62,318 bases of DNA from Octopus sinensis (taxonomy: Eukaryota): contig NW_021832237.1 in assembly GCF_006345805.1 (NCBI RefSeq), positions 1 through 62,318 of the forward strand, written 5' to 3'. Position 1 is the first letter of the stretch, and every line of letters begins with the position of its first letter. The notes beneath the pieces are model-generated. The model was not told the DNA's origin, did not search any database, and was given only the letters and a program-made list of their open reading frames with translations. The position numbers and the translations under genes were made by a program. Shown here piece by piece: positions 1 to 12,833 of the stretch.

Positions 1-75
1 TTCTTTCTTTCTTTCAAATTTTCTTCCGTTTCTCGCCGAGTGTTTTCATACACCTAGGGCAGAGAAGCGCATTGT
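1..75 (-). mobile_element. 3' UTR remnant of an R4/Dong-like retrotransposon (window edge)
   Basis: ttctttcaaatt..tctcgccgagtgttttcatacacctagggcagaga aligns by eye with the 3' UTR of the R4-like copy at 20208-20270 (tcttgccgagtgtcttcctgacacctaggacagaga). Confidence 0.5.
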
Positions 76-454
76 ATGCATTCCTAGATTACACACGCAA
101 ATTCACAGGTAAAATATGTATTTAAAAAATTAATAAATAAATAAATTCATGAATGGATATTGTTTTTACAGCGATATGTATGTACATGAGCCGTTCCACT
201 ACATGAGCCAGTACATGAGCCGTTCCACTTATTAATATCATCATCATCATCATCGTCATCATCATCGTCATCATCGTCATCATCATCATTTATATACACT
301 CAACAGATTGGACTGTTGGAAAAGAAAAGAATCCTAACATCGGGCTACAAGTTGCCTTAGATGCCAAAAACCCTCCTTTCGGGTCATAGTAAGTAACCTT
401 AGATGCCAAGAACCCTTCTAAGCACCCTAACTGTCCCTAATAGCACTGTTTATT

Positions 455-712
455 GTTATTATTGTTTTAGTTGCTGTTGTTGTTGTTATTATTATTATTA
501 TTATTAGTAGTAGTAGTAGTAGTAGTAGTAGTAATGGTGGTGGTGGTGGTGGTGGTGGTTTTGGTGGTGGTGGTGGTGGTAGTGGTGGTGGTAGTAGTAG
601 TAGTAGTGGTGGTGGTGGTGGTGGATTTGGTGGTGGTGTTAGTAGTAGTAGTGGTGGTGGTGGTGGTGGTGATAGTAGTAGTGCTATTAATATTATTGAT
701 ATCATCATGGTG
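455..712. repeat. Compound trinucleotide microsatellite (TAT/AGT/GGT)
   Basis: Direct reading; explains the poly-Pro/poly-Val ORFs 427..786 and 471..713. Confidence 0.95.
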
Positions 713-734
713 ATAATAATATTAGTGTAGAGCT

Positions 735-900
735 TTACAAAGCGTTGTTTTGTCACTGGATCAGCTGCCGGAGAAATAGCAGCCAAATCAGACTAAAATT
801 ATTCCCTATCTAAAACTTATAAAAATAAAAACGGAATTAATCAACCCTGGAATGTCTTTCGTTATAAATCTGCTCAATTACAGCTGAGCTGATACTGAAC
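735..900 (-). mobile_element. Dispersed SINE-like repeat, family X (fragment)
   Basis: The reverse complement carries gatttggctgctatttct and agacattccag segments also seen at 48030-48285, 49238-49310 and 49885-49990. Confidence 0.45.
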
Positions 901-1060
901 AACAGCAAGAATCACAAGAACAACTTCAATAAAAATGTAGTATAAAAATCAACGTGTATAACAGTAATAACAATAACGAGGCAAGGAATTACTTTATCAT
1001 GATTGCTTGACATGCTAAAATAGAAGTGAGGTTTTTTTTCTTATCTCCTTTCTGTGGCAT

Positions 1061-1213
1061 TGTGTTTAGGATGTTGCATTCATGATCGCAAGATCGCGGG
1101 TTCAATTGTCGGACCGGGTGATGCGTTGTGTTCTTGAGCAAAAGCCTTCATTTCAGGTTGCTCCAGTCCACCTAGCTATAAAACGAGTAACCCTGTGACA
1201 ACTGGTTTCCGTT
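1061..1213 (+). mobile_element. tRNA-derived SINE, family C
   Basis: B-box-like gggttcaatt followed by gcgttgtgttcttgagcaaaagccttcatttcaggttgctccagtcca; homologous to 13353-13612 and 23705-23937. Confidence 0.7.
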
Positions 1214-2324
1214 AGTTGTGATCTTAGGTCCCTTACACGACATGGAAACTGTGTAACCAACTTCTGCGATTCGAGAAGACACTTTATTTTACACCTTATT
1301 GTCTTGAAGTAAGAAACTGAATAATGTGCTCCAAAATACTCGGTGTCTGAATTATTATTATTATTATTTTTTTTTTTGGACGGCATAGTCAGAGCGAGAA
1401 TGTTTTTGATCATGAAACTATTCGTTTAGACATGACCTGGACTTAAACTATAGCAACTGCCACCGCGGCAATATCAGCAATAATAGAAACAGCGTAAAAA
1501 AGCAAAACTGTCTATTACAGCATCGTCATAATGAACAGCAATAACAAGAGTAACCCAGTCAAAGCCTATTGCATCATCATCAATGGCAACAACAACAATA
1601 AGAATAAAAGCGGCTAAGAGTATTATCGTCCATTACATCTTCATCCTCATACCAACAACAATAACAACGACCAAATTAAAGCCATCTACTGAAATATAAA
1701 AAGCAAGCAACAAAACAGAACACACACACACACACACATACACACACACACGCACACAAATAGTAAATAAAATGTCAAAAACAAAATTAAACCAAAACAA
1801 AATAAAACAACGACCAAATACTAAGATAAAAGTGTCAGATAAATGTAGAGTAATAATGTTGATAAATCCTGCGTTATTCAAGTAAGACGATAGCAACATA
1901 CGATAGCAACACAGAATATGTCACTGATTTCTTATATGATTGACGGCAGACGTGAATTTAAGAGACTTCATTCTGTAGAGCAGAATTGACGCAATCTCTA
2001 ATGGAATCGCTGCTTCTCTTCTGTAAGTAATTCGATTTTGAACGTGAATAACCAATAAGTTTAATTTCAGGAATTCAAACCTAGTTCTTATAATAAGTAG
2101 ACTTACGGCTTCATTTCCTTACCATGCCAGTCTCAGATTGCTCGAGTAAATAATACTCTCATACACGCACACACATATACATAAATGCACATTCTATAAT
2201 ATGCATATGCTTGTGTGTACATGTATGGGTGTGTATATATCTACTCATTTGTCTTCTTTATGAGAGTGTGTGCGTAAATTTAAGCGATTATCCTTATTCT
2301 GCCACAAATGTGTCCATATATGTA

Positions 2325-2353
2325 TGTATATATAAGTATGTATGTATATATAT

Positions 2354-2409
<56 letters not shown>

Positions 2410-2411
2410 TA

Positions 2412-2447
<36 letters not shown>

Positions 2448-2508
2448 TGTATGTATGTATGTACGTATGTATGTATGTATGTATGTATGTATGTATGTAT
2501 GTATGTAT
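2325..2508. repeat. (TA)n/(TATG)n microsatellite
   Basis: Direct reading; representative of dozens of similar tracts in the window. Confidence 0.95.
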
Positions 2509-2777
2509 ATGGGCATATTCTTTTACTGCATTTTCTATTCGTAATTTTGCGTATTTTAGTTTCCTGATTTTGTCCTTGTTTGCCCATTACTTCAGTAATA
2601 TTCCTCGTATCCCTGGCGTACCAGAAGAACAGTACCATGGAATTTGAAGTATTTGGACATTCAAAGCGCCGAAGCAGCGCTTGAAATCTAGGTTTCCATG
2701 GATGATGAGTGAATTTACATGCTTCCTTGTCTTTCGCTGAGTTTTCCTGTTAATAAACATGTATACACACACACACA

Positions 2778-2817
<40 letters not shown>

Positions 2818-3292
2818 ACACACACACAACAAACACACAAACACACACATACACACACATAAGTAATATATGCATATATATGATTTTGTTACAAAGATTC
2901 ATAAGAATCAAGGCACGCCAACTCGTAGGACGCCAGAAATGGCTGGGATACTGTAGATATGCGTGAACCAAATCCAATTTAAATCATAAAAATTTCACGG
3001 GTGGGTCCTTGGTGTGGAATATAAAGAGCAAGTAAACGAAAATAGCATTTAAAATTTACGACAGCTGTGCCGGTAAAATTTTATTTATTCAATGCAGTCA
3101 TAAAATGTCACATCTTATTTATATGAAATCCACCATCATCCGGTAAAATTTTAAACAGGTAAGATTTTAAACATCGACCTATACATAGTCCATCAAAAGT
3201 TGGGTATGAACACTGTTTCAGTTTATTTTATACATACATACATACACACACACACTCACACACACACACACTCACACACACACACTCACACA

Positions 3293-3325
<33 letters not shown>

Positions 3326-3326
<1 letters not shown>

Positions 3327-3612
3327 TAGCTGGTATACCCGGTAATTGCCGGAGGTGAAGATGTTCTATTGAGATGCCTTATTACTCTGGTTACTTCCAC
3401 AAAACATGTATTTTCTGTCATGAAAAAGTACAAAAAAATGTCAACTGCAGGAGGGAGAGATTGTTGGAGGTTGGTGAGAGAAGTTTCCGGAGGTTGGCGA
3501 GAAAGATTGTCAGAGGTCATAAACACGTCCGAAACAGCTGTAGTGAATCACAATCCATCTGTTGTTATTGTTTATCATTCATTTAACTTTCAAATTCGTT
3601 TGGATTTAGAGT
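3326..3612 (-). mobile_element. Helitron-like non-autonomous element, 3' end
   Basis: After (TA)n: TTAGctggtatacCCGGtaattgCCGG, i.e. a degenerate CTAG terminus plus a GC-rich subterminal hairpin on the minus strand, like 12911 and 45849. The far boundary is uncertain. Confidence 0.35.
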
Positions 3613-3846
3613 CTAAGAACAGCGGTGCAATAGGTGCAGTGAGTGTAACCATGTGTGACCCTGATGACTCATTGTGCATTCAGTCAGCCAGTTGTGAATG
3701 TATGCATAACTGAAGAGCAAATTCGTGTTTAGTTAGTACGTATTTGTCGTTGTATATTGTACACGACAGCGCTATTATCGATACGACATTGGTGCTTTTA
3801 AATACCTGATTGTCTCGAAATTTTATAAATATGTGTGTTTGTGTGT

Positions 3847-3908
<62 letters not shown>

Positions 3909-3938
3909 TGGTGTGTGTGTGTGTTGTTTGTTTGTCTA

Positions 3939-4615
3939 TAAGACTGTGTAAAAAGTAAGCAACATTTTGAAACATGAAATTCATCACAATATATTTCAAC
4001 AATGCAGAAATTGTATTCATCAAAATAAATACCATTACAATCAACACATTTTTGCCGAGTCTCAAGTTTGTTTATTCCCGTAACATAAAAATCTGGTGTT
4101 CTACAGCTGATGAACTCCTTGCACGCACTTTCAGCACTGGTTTAGGTTTTGAGCTCCTCTCACAGGAAGCCATGAAGTTGCTTGAAAAGTTGTAGCTGGT
4201 AGGAGAAAGGTCTAGGGAATAAGCTGGGTGAGAAAGAACTTCGTAGCCAAATTCCCTCAACTTCTGGAGCATCATTAGTGAAACGTGTGATCGAGCATTG
4301 TCATGAAGAATGATTGGCCCTCTTCTGTTGACTAGTCTGAGACGGGGGAGTAGCAGTTTCAGCTGCTTTACGTCCTTTTTTGAAGTTGAATAGCAAAATC
4401 GCTCGAATATGGCGCTTTGACAGTTCCATTTCAGATGATTGTAACAACGGTGAAAAAAAATCAATGTTAAATTATTGATGCATTTGGGCAAGTCTATGTC
4501 TGTATTATCAGACAATTGCTACAAAAAAATGTTTTTAAAAATATTCACAACTCTGAAAATATCCGGTACAAATTCTTCATGGTTCAAAACATTGCTTACT
4601 TTTTACTTAACCTGA
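3939..4615 (-). mobile_element. Internally deleted mariner transposon (Hsmar1/cecropia-like), both TIRs present
   Basis: TA-flanked imperfect TIRs (TAAGACTGTGTAAAAAGTAAGCAAC / TCAGGTTAAGTAAAAAGTAAGCAAT). N-terminus MELSKRHIRAILLFNFKKGRKAAETA starts at 4429 and is joined out of frame to LVNRRGPIILHDNARSH...YEVLSHPAYSLDLSPTSY. Confidence 0.9.
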
Positions 4616-4629
4616 TATATATATATATG

Positions 4630-5230
4630 TTACGGTTCAAATTTACAGAAAAGCGAAAGACGAAGAAATGAGTAGGAACAAGAAGGTGTATTAGTTTGAC
4701 GCTCGGAAAAATGGGAAAGTCTTTTACGTTTCGAGCCTACGCATTTCGACAGAAAGGAATGACGGAAAAAATTGAAAAAGAATGAAGAATAAAACGGAGA
4801 GGGAAAAAAAACAGTATAGAGTTCAGCGATCCAACATAGCGTATGACTGGGGAAAAAGATGTCGAATGAAAAGGAGATAAAAGGAGTGAAAAGATGTTAT
4901 GGGTGTGTGGAGTGGAAAGGTGTTATGGATGTGTATAATGGTATGTGAAGTGAGTGATAAGTTGGAGAGTGTGTAAGTGTGTGTATAGTGGTGCGAATGT
5001 AGTGAGGGTACCAAAGTAAGCGGTATAAAGGTGTGTAGGTGGAGGGGGCAGTTGAATGTGGGAGGTATGTGGGAATCCGTGGGGGTTGGTATCAGATGAA
5101 GAGAGGTGAGTTGAGCTCATACGGTATAAAGGAATGAAGAGAGGAGATTAATTCTTGTTCACGGCGAAGGCGGGAGTCCAGATGGCCACTGTGCAGACAC
5201 AGTCCAAACAGACAGATTTTGTAGCGAATG
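4630..5230 (-). mobile_element. Penelope-like element 3' fragment (GIY-YIG C-terminus + pLTR)
   Basis: Minus frame ...GLCLHSGHLDSRLRREQELISSLHSFIPYELN* typical of the PLE endonuclease end, then a pyrimidine-rich pLTR ending in a hammerhead-like motif. Confidence 0.7.
4721..4756 (-). ncRNA. Minimal type I hammerhead-like motif (A6U variant core)
   Basis: CUUU-CUGUCGA-AAUGC GUAG GCUC-GAA-ACGU-A-AAAG; stem I CUUU/AAAG, palindromic ACGU stem III. Confidence 0.55.
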
Positions 5231-5990
5231 ACCGGTATAGTGAAAGTGGCACGAGACTTGGATGTCATTGCCGAGTTAGATATCTCAAAGGTGCTCCGCG
5301 AACCGGTCAGCCAAGCGGAAAATGCGGAACCTAACTGTGGCAATACTTGCACCTTTCTGGAGGGTACAGAATTTCATTTCAAACAAGGTGAAATATTTAA
5401 GATAAAGTCAAATTTCACTTGTGCTTCTGAAAACATAATCTATGTTATTACCTGCTTAGGTTGCGAAAATACTAAACAGGCCAAACTCGAATGTCCCTCA
5501 GACGAAGGGCAACGCTTCACAAAGAACAAACCTGCTTCCCACAATATAGACAGACACAGGTCAGTGAGCACATAGATAGATGTGCTAGAACCTTAAACCA
5601 AACTTTCTAATTTCCCTTTTTATCAATATCTCCAGGGTACCTCAGTGCAGCAAGGACTAAATAAAGAGGCAAATTTCATTATTAAATATCAACCACAACT
5701 TAACATGAACACACAACTTAATACAGGACTCTTCTAACCTTACTAATAACAATAATCCCACTAACCCGCATACATCCCATATACCTTTCATATCTATTAA
5801 ACATATTAACCTAATTGCATCACTTTGAGAACTACTTACCTCCCTTGCATGCAATCTTTTCAGTCAGACCCAACACCGTTTGAAGATCGCTGTTGATTAA
5901 AAATCAGTGAACAGCGATGATGAAACCGGTATGACTTTCTATATTAACTCAGGATAATGATTTTTATACTTCTTAATTCCACCTCAAATC
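5231..5990 (+). mobile_element. Penelope-like element GIY-YIG fragment (pseudogenised) + pLTR
   Basis: FKIKSNFTCASENIIYVITCLGC (GIY motif region), frameshift, then ...GLNKEANFIIKYQPQLN; hammerhead-like motif at 5880-5931. Confidence 0.8.
5880..5931 (+). ncRNA. Hammerhead-like motif (C3U), stem I not evident
   Basis: UUGAAGA-UCGCUGUU...AACAGCGA-UGAU-GAA-ACCGGU-A; 8-bp stem II, palindromic stem III. Confidence 0.45.
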
Positions 5991-6111
5991 ATTTATTTCT
6001 ATGTATAAATTTTTGTTTTTATAAAAATGCCATTACATTTACACCTAGTGCGCATTTTCTTTGCTTCTTTTTACTTTTTCCCTATTTATCCACGCGTATG
6101 AATATATAATG

Positions 6112-6159
<48 letters not shown>

Positions 6160-6170
6160 ATATATATATA

Positions 6171-6279
6171 CGAGAAGGTATTGAAAAGTTCCTGACTTTA
6201 GGTAAATGAAAAACAGGAGGATCATTTAATTATGATTTTATTCAACTCCTCTTAGATTTACACAATTATTACAGCTGTC
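6171..6279 (+). mobile_element. Mariner-derived MITE, left half
   Basis: TA|CGAGAAGGTATTGAAAAGTTCCTGACTT TIR; homologous to 31140-31349. Confidence 0.7.
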
Positions 6280-6487
6280 CTATATATATATATATATATA
6301 TGTATGTATATGGTGGCTGCCCCCTCGAGTATGGCCATTGCACGAAGCTTAATCAATGTTGTTATCGTGCAATGCCTGTGCAAGAAGATATTTTTAAAGT
6401 GAGGAAAGGCTGTACACTGAGTCAATCTCACTCACTAAGCAACAGCAACCATAATCCGAAAAGAAGAACAAGTCAACATCATCGGTA

Positions 6488-6858
6488 AACACTGAGCCGC
6501 ACGTTTATGTCGGAGTTATCCCAGTTACCTGAGTTACCTACTCCTAGAAGGATGCCCTAACAAAGGCTGGGAGTCCTTCACTCCCAATGGTTTAACTGCG
6601 CGATCGGGTATTCAGTCCGATTATTTCTATGTCCCCGCGCATGATAAAGCCTTAAGACATTTATTGGATGGCCGTTGACTCTCAAGAGTTCCTCCGCCCT
6701 TTGACGGGTTTTGTTTTTCATCCCGCAGGGTGTCCAATAAACACCCCACTCACCAAGCAAGCTTGGTGGGGTTGCCAGTTTAAACACCGACGACCCGACC
6801 ATGCAACAGGTTGTACTGGGTTACATGTTACCAGTAGCACTCGAAAGTGACCTGACAT
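6488..6858 (-). mobile_element. RTE-clade LINE 5' UTR fragment
   Basis: About 200 bp homologous to the 5' part of the RTE derivative at 28737-29262 (ggcaaccccacc, aaaacccgtcaaagggcggaggaactc, gagtcaacggccatcc). Confidence 0.65.
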
Positions 6859-6884
6859 GAATATATGTATATATGCACATACAT

Positions 6885-6931
<47 letters not shown>

Positions 6932-7504
6932 CATGCATATATATACATGTGTGTATGTATATATATGTATGTATATATATGTATATATATGCTTGCATAT
7001 ACATATATAATTTTCTTTATTAATAAATGCTTTAGACATACATAAAGTACGTACTTGAATCATTCAATTGTAATAACTGTCACTTACTGGTAAGTCATCG
7101 GATTTTTTGCCAGGCCGCTTCTTATTGTTCAAAGGACATCACGATGTGGGAAATGCTGCTGGCTCTACGTTCTGACCGTTACATTGGCAGCTAGCTAACA
7201 TTAGGTTCGTATATCTAAATTTAAACTTTTAAATATCATTATCTCTACTTCTATCAGCAGACATACCACGCATCTTACCTCTCCTCCAGTTAAATATATC
7301 AAATGGGCTTTTGTTTGAACTCATATGCTATCAACATTACTTTATTGAAAAGGCGCTTCTGTGGTTGGATTAGACGGTACCCAGCTTAGTATGAACGGCC
7401 ACTGAATATACATACATACATACATACATACATACATACATACATACATACATACATACATACATACATACATACACACATATGCATATATATATAATGA
7501 GTAT

Positions 7505-7680
7505 TTACAAAAAACAAAAGACGAAGACTGGTGTGTAAACAACAAACAGATGTATTAGTTTAACGCTCGGGAAGTGAGAAAGTCTTTTACGTTTCGAGCC
7601 TACGATCTTCGACAGAAAGGAACACAGAAATAAACAGGGAGAGAAAATAGAGAAAAGTATAGTGGTTAGCGATTTATCAT
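7505..7680 (-). mobile_element. PLE terminus fragment with hammerhead-like motif (7584-7619)
   Basis: Homologous to 4630-4830; CUUU-CUGUCGA-AGAUC GUAG GCUC-GAA-ACGU-A-AAAG. Confidence 0.65.
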
Positions 7681-7773
7681 ATATATAATGTATGTATGTA
7701 TGTATGTAGGTATGTATGTATGTATGTATGTATGTATGTATGTATATATATATATAATATATATATATTATAT

Positions 7774-7830
<57 letters not shown>

Positions 7831-7999
7831 GGAGAGTTTTACAATTGCTTGAAGCATTGTGTATCGTTTGCAAAAAAATAATAAATAATAATAATGTGTT
7901 TTGAATGGCACAGCAATGCACAATAATAACAACAATGGACTATAATAACTGATGTAATTTAATCATCTGTCATCTACCTTGCTGGATTGAAAACCTGCA

Positions 8000-9100
8000 T
8001 ATTATCTGAGAGAACATTTGGTTGCATTCTTTAGCCTTGAGTTGTTCTATTGATCTCGTACAGGCGTTACCTCGTTGTTTCTATAAAATTTGCAGTAACG
8101 CTAAGTATCTCCGTCCTGCCCTGACGCAGTGGACTTACCGTATGCAAAATGTCTATTCTACGATGAAGTGTGGCCCGTAGTTCTTTCCTCCAGATTATTA
8201 CAATCCTGCCTGGTTGGTAGGTGGGGTGGGTGTCATATTACTTGTCCCAATATGCAGTAAGTCATTATACCAGTTGAAATATGTTACTTTGGAAATTTCG
8301 CATATCCTTATTTTCCTATCTTTTTCTGTATGACAATAGTTTCCGGCTGTAGTCAGAATCTACATTTGGTCTAAATATGCTAGTATTTTGTATTTGCTTC
8401 CTTATTGTCCTGCCTGTTCATCCAAATCTGTAGTTCCTGGGTATGGCAACAACAAAGGTGGACGAATTGCATTCAATCGGAGGGCGACGGGTACTTTTCT
8501 TCATATAAGGATCCCACTATATTGTTTAGGTCTAGTGATGTTGTGGCCTGAGTGCTACTTGCATTCATGTGAAGAGTATTAGTCTGCAGTAGTTGTGATT
8601 TGGTGGATTTATAGCGAAGAATTTAACCCTTAGTATTCGGCTTGCTCTCTCAAACGTAATGCTTATTTATTCGCATCGCTTTTATTAATCATGCATTGTC
8701 TTGTAGCTCTAAGGTTTTGATGATGTGATTGTTTATTTTTAGAATGACATAGTAGGATAGGTATGAGAGGCATGACCTAGTTAGATTGAGCATAAACCAG
8801 ATAGAATATTTGGGCCTGCTATGGCCGGTTTGAATGCTAAAGGGTTAAGCATTCAGAGACGATTAATATAATCTATGATGGATCTAATACAGTATTTGTA
8901 TATTGTCCTTGGCCTTTCTGTGTAGGTCGACTATCATAATTGTCTTTTTTAGCATATAAGTACGTGATCTTATTGTATTATTTTTATTGTTCTATGCTTG
9001 GTATTTAAAAAAAATTGTACATTCCTAGAATTTAATTTTTGCTTCTGTGTGGGTAGGTGGGTGGGGACGATATGTTTATTGCCAAGTTAATGTCTGGTTG
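8000..9100 (-). pseudogene. Highly decayed LINE reverse-transcriptase remnants
   Basis: Short minus-strand peptides TIYKYCIRSIIDY (about 8890-8930) and GKSTASGQDG (about 8115-8145) resemble LINE ORF2 motifs. There are many stops, and the motif order is not consistent with one element. Confidence 0.3.
8627..8844. mobile_element. piggyBac-type MITE
   Basis: TTAA|CCCTTAGTATTC ... GAATGCTAAAGGG|TTAA: TTAA target duplication and CCC/GGG TIRs. Confidence 0.85.
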
Positions 9101-10132
9101 TATTTTGTGTTCTTTGGTGTTACTTTTAAAGCAGATGGCTAGTTGATTAAGTGATATATTTTGTCTTGTAACATCTTACTCTACAGTCGTTAGAGGCTTG
9201 AAGTTGTTACAGTACATTAGGTGAGAAGAAGCAAGTGATGTCCGGTATAGGAAATTATTTGTATGCTAAAGAGTTGCTGCAGCTATGGTAGAACATTCCT
9301 AACGTGACCATTCCATCTTTTTGAGGATATTACATTACTTAGGTGTATGCAGCACTACATGACAGTATAATATAATTTGAAGATTTGGCTGACTTTTCTC
9401 AGGTCATACGAACGCATAGAGATCACCTTGCTGGCTTGTGGTGTCTTGATGATGCTGGTAGGCAAAATAATGTCTTCAAAACAGAATTAAATTGTTTTAG
9501 GTGTGTAGTAGTGAGTATTATTAGCCTTGGATGTTGTGAGATGTTTATGTCCCTATTGCACTTCTTATATCCACTGGAAAGGTTTCAAATTACGGCTTAG
9601 GTACAATGTACGTATCTTGCATCTGCTTGTCCGCCTGTTGTCTGTGAATTTCACTGATTTGAAGGGTTTATTCTGCAACGTGAAGTGATGTGTAGTAGAT
9701 AAATGTGTTGCAATTTGGCTCTTGCTTAATTCTGATCGAGAACATCTATAATAATAGGCAGTCCAGCTGTGACGGTCTCGCTGTGTTACTATGAGGAGGG
9801 TTTTGTGATTTAATTGCCTTTTCACTTTTAAAATGGTGAGATATGTGATTTGAAGTAATTTGGTTGTTATTTCTTGCAGGCCAAGTTACCACAAAGGAGC
9901 TCCTCTTCTTCATAGAGCTGATAATGCTCGTAATTGCTTTGTTCTAGAATGAAAAATGCGGGCGCTCAATCCTCGAACATTTTTCTATATTTTTTTAATT
10001 ATAGGTTTTGTCCAAATTTAGAAATTTTGTTTGCACATAAAAGTAACATAAAGGTTAACAGCAACATATCTGTTCTAAATAAATATGTTTTTAAAAAATT
10101 GCTATTATAAAATAACGGTATACTCCAATATA

Positions 10133-10343
10133 CAGTAATCCTTCGTCATACGGCGGTTCACATATCGCGGTTTATTATTTAAGCTTATGCTGATTCCTCC
10201 GTGGTGTTGTTTTATATCTATGATGAAATAAATATATATAGATTATAAAAATAATTTTTAAAAAATATACAGTATAGCACTGTTTCTACTTCGCGGATTT
10301 TCACCTATCGCGGGCAGGATTTGGAACGTAATACCCGCGATAG
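10133..10343 (+). mobile_element. pogo/Tigger-like MITE (right TIR truncated)
   Basis: TA|CAGTAATCCTTCG...CGGCGGTTC left end and TTCGCGGATTTTCACCTATCGCGG...GGAACGTAATACCCGCGATA right subterminal segment. Confidence 0.7.
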
Positions 10344-10921
10344 TCTAGCCATAACTAATCCACTGAACCAATATTGCTTCTGTCGCTCTTAACGAATTCT
10401 TATTCAGTTTCTCTGCATCGATGACTTTTCAGTCACTGTTTTACTATATAAGAGAGGCTGATTTCGCTTTAGCATGTAGTTACCAGTCGATATTTTCTGC
10501 TAGTGAAACCCAAAAAGCAGAAATACGTTTTTAGCAACGGCACTAACACTCCTGCACGATTTTCGCCTTCTTCAGACATTTTTCTATGGTTTCTTTTACT
10601 CCATTTGCCTATAAGTGATCTTATCTCGAGATGATAACGCAGTTTATCATACAATGATGTATTTGCTTTAAGTATGATACAATTGTGTTAATCAACATAT
10701 TTTTCTTTTATAATATTATCTATTATTGTATGTGTTCATACAATATATTGTGTTTCATGTCATACTTTTCTAATCATATGTAAGGAATGCCAATACTAAA
10801 AAGAATAGAAAGAATTAATATCACTAACTAATTAATAAGTGATATTTTTGTTGTCAGTATATTGTCTGATTCAATGCTTTCAGTTCTAATCACAATGAGA
10901 TAGAATTTTATTGAATATATA

Positions 10922-10956
<35 letters not shown>

Positions 10957-11240
10957 ATCACATTCATACATGCACACTTACAGATGTGCATACATACAAT
11001 TATACATACATATAAAGCATACATATTATATATACATACCAATATCTGTCTTGTTAGCCATATATATATATATATATATATTATATATCCGTGTTTCATA
11101 ATCCTTTTGCCAAACCATTGTACTTATGAATTTTCTTTCGTTCTTTCTTTTTTCTTATACATCACTTACCCTGCACAGTTTCTCCTACATTTTTGTTTAT
11201 CGGGTTGCAGTTTTCCCCTTTATTTGCTTCTTTCTTTCTT

Positions 11241-11276
<36 letters not shown>

Positions 11277-11378
11277 TGCTTCTTTCTCTTTCTATGAATG
11301 CCTGTGTGTGTACATACATGCATATCTAAAGCGAGATATATGTATACATATATCACTATATGTATGTATGTATGTATG

Positions 11379-11429
<51 letters not shown>

Positions 11430-12121
11430 TTACACACACATACGCAAGCACACACACAAACACACAAACATACACACACATATATATCAATATATATATA
11501 TATATGAATAAATTCAACCATTGTCACCAATACATATACTCACGCATATGTGGCGAATATATGTGTATATGCATACGACTCCACACACACCATCTCTTGT
11601 TCGCTCTCTCTCTCTCTCTCCTTCTTTCTCTCTCTCCCTCCCTTTCTCTCTCACTTTCTTTCACTATCCTGCCTCTCCCGCTCTTTCAGAATTATTCCAT
11701 GCGATGTTATTCAATGAAATCGCAGATTGTTTGCATCGAGAGAAACTGCAGCAACAATCAATGCCCACGTAAAACATCTATGCCAAATTCACACATCGCT
11801 TTAATAATTTGCACTGTTATGTCTACCGCACAACTGTTTTCAAATAGAATGTATATTTATAGACAGAAAATTACTCCACACAATCACAATCTGTCATATG
11901 CTGACGCATATACATATGGCCTTTCCTCGAATAAACATTTTTGTACATACTTATTTGTGAAAGCACGAAAGTTGTTTGAAAATTTACATCTCAAATCTAT
12001 AAACATATTTTCAATGTGCACACACAAATGAGAATGCTATTCTGAGAAACAGCAGAGTGAAGGGTTAGCTTCTACAAATTGAATATATATATGTATGAAT
12101 GTATGTATGTATGTATATATA

Positions 12122-12176
<55 letters not shown>

Positions 12177-12419
12177 ATACATTATATATTATATATATAT
12201 ATATATACATTATATATTATATATATATATATATTTTTTTTCTTCTTCTTCTTCCTCTTCTTCTTCATCATCATCATTATCATCATCATCGTCGTCATCA
12301 TCATCACCACCATCATCACCACCATCTTCTCCTTCTCCTTCTTCTTCTTCTTCTTCTTCTTCTTCATCATCATCATCAACATCGTCATCTTCTTCTTCTT
12401 CTACTTCTCCACCTTCCAC

Positions 12420-12833
12420 CCCTTAACCTTGTCACTAATGTCTTTCAGTATAACGCCTACGCAAATTCCATAAACAATTCCTGAATTGAACTGCGACTAC
12501 TGTCAGCCACTGACCATTCAAAATACGACCATTAAGGCATTCCCAGATTTCCCCACCCCCTCTCCACATCAGCCTCCTTATTCTTTACCTACCCTACCAA
12601 GAACTCAAAACGACCTCGAACACACAAGTGCAAACAAGGGAGTCAGAGAAAGGCAGAATGCTACTTATATCTGAACACTACTACAGAAATATTCTTTTAA
12701 AAAAACTTTTCTTCTAATTTTTCTAAATTTAATTATTTAATCGTTACAGTTGAAAAGGTCTCAAAATGACCGAAACCGGTACTGAAAGATTCACTATAAA
12801 ATTATCTTAGCATTTTCTATTTTTGACTTGTTT

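Noticed and set aside
427-786. Poly-Pro/poly-Val ORFs and the many YI/CV/HT/YVCM-repeat ORFs throughout the track (e.g. 10984..11511, 11360..12031, 41041..41522, 61203..61745)
   Set aside because: They are open only because simple repeats lack stop codons; no domain content.
2590-2750. Stop-free, GC-richer stretch between microsatellites (possible exon on either strand)
   Set aside because: No recognisable protein motif and no convincing acceptor/donor pair.
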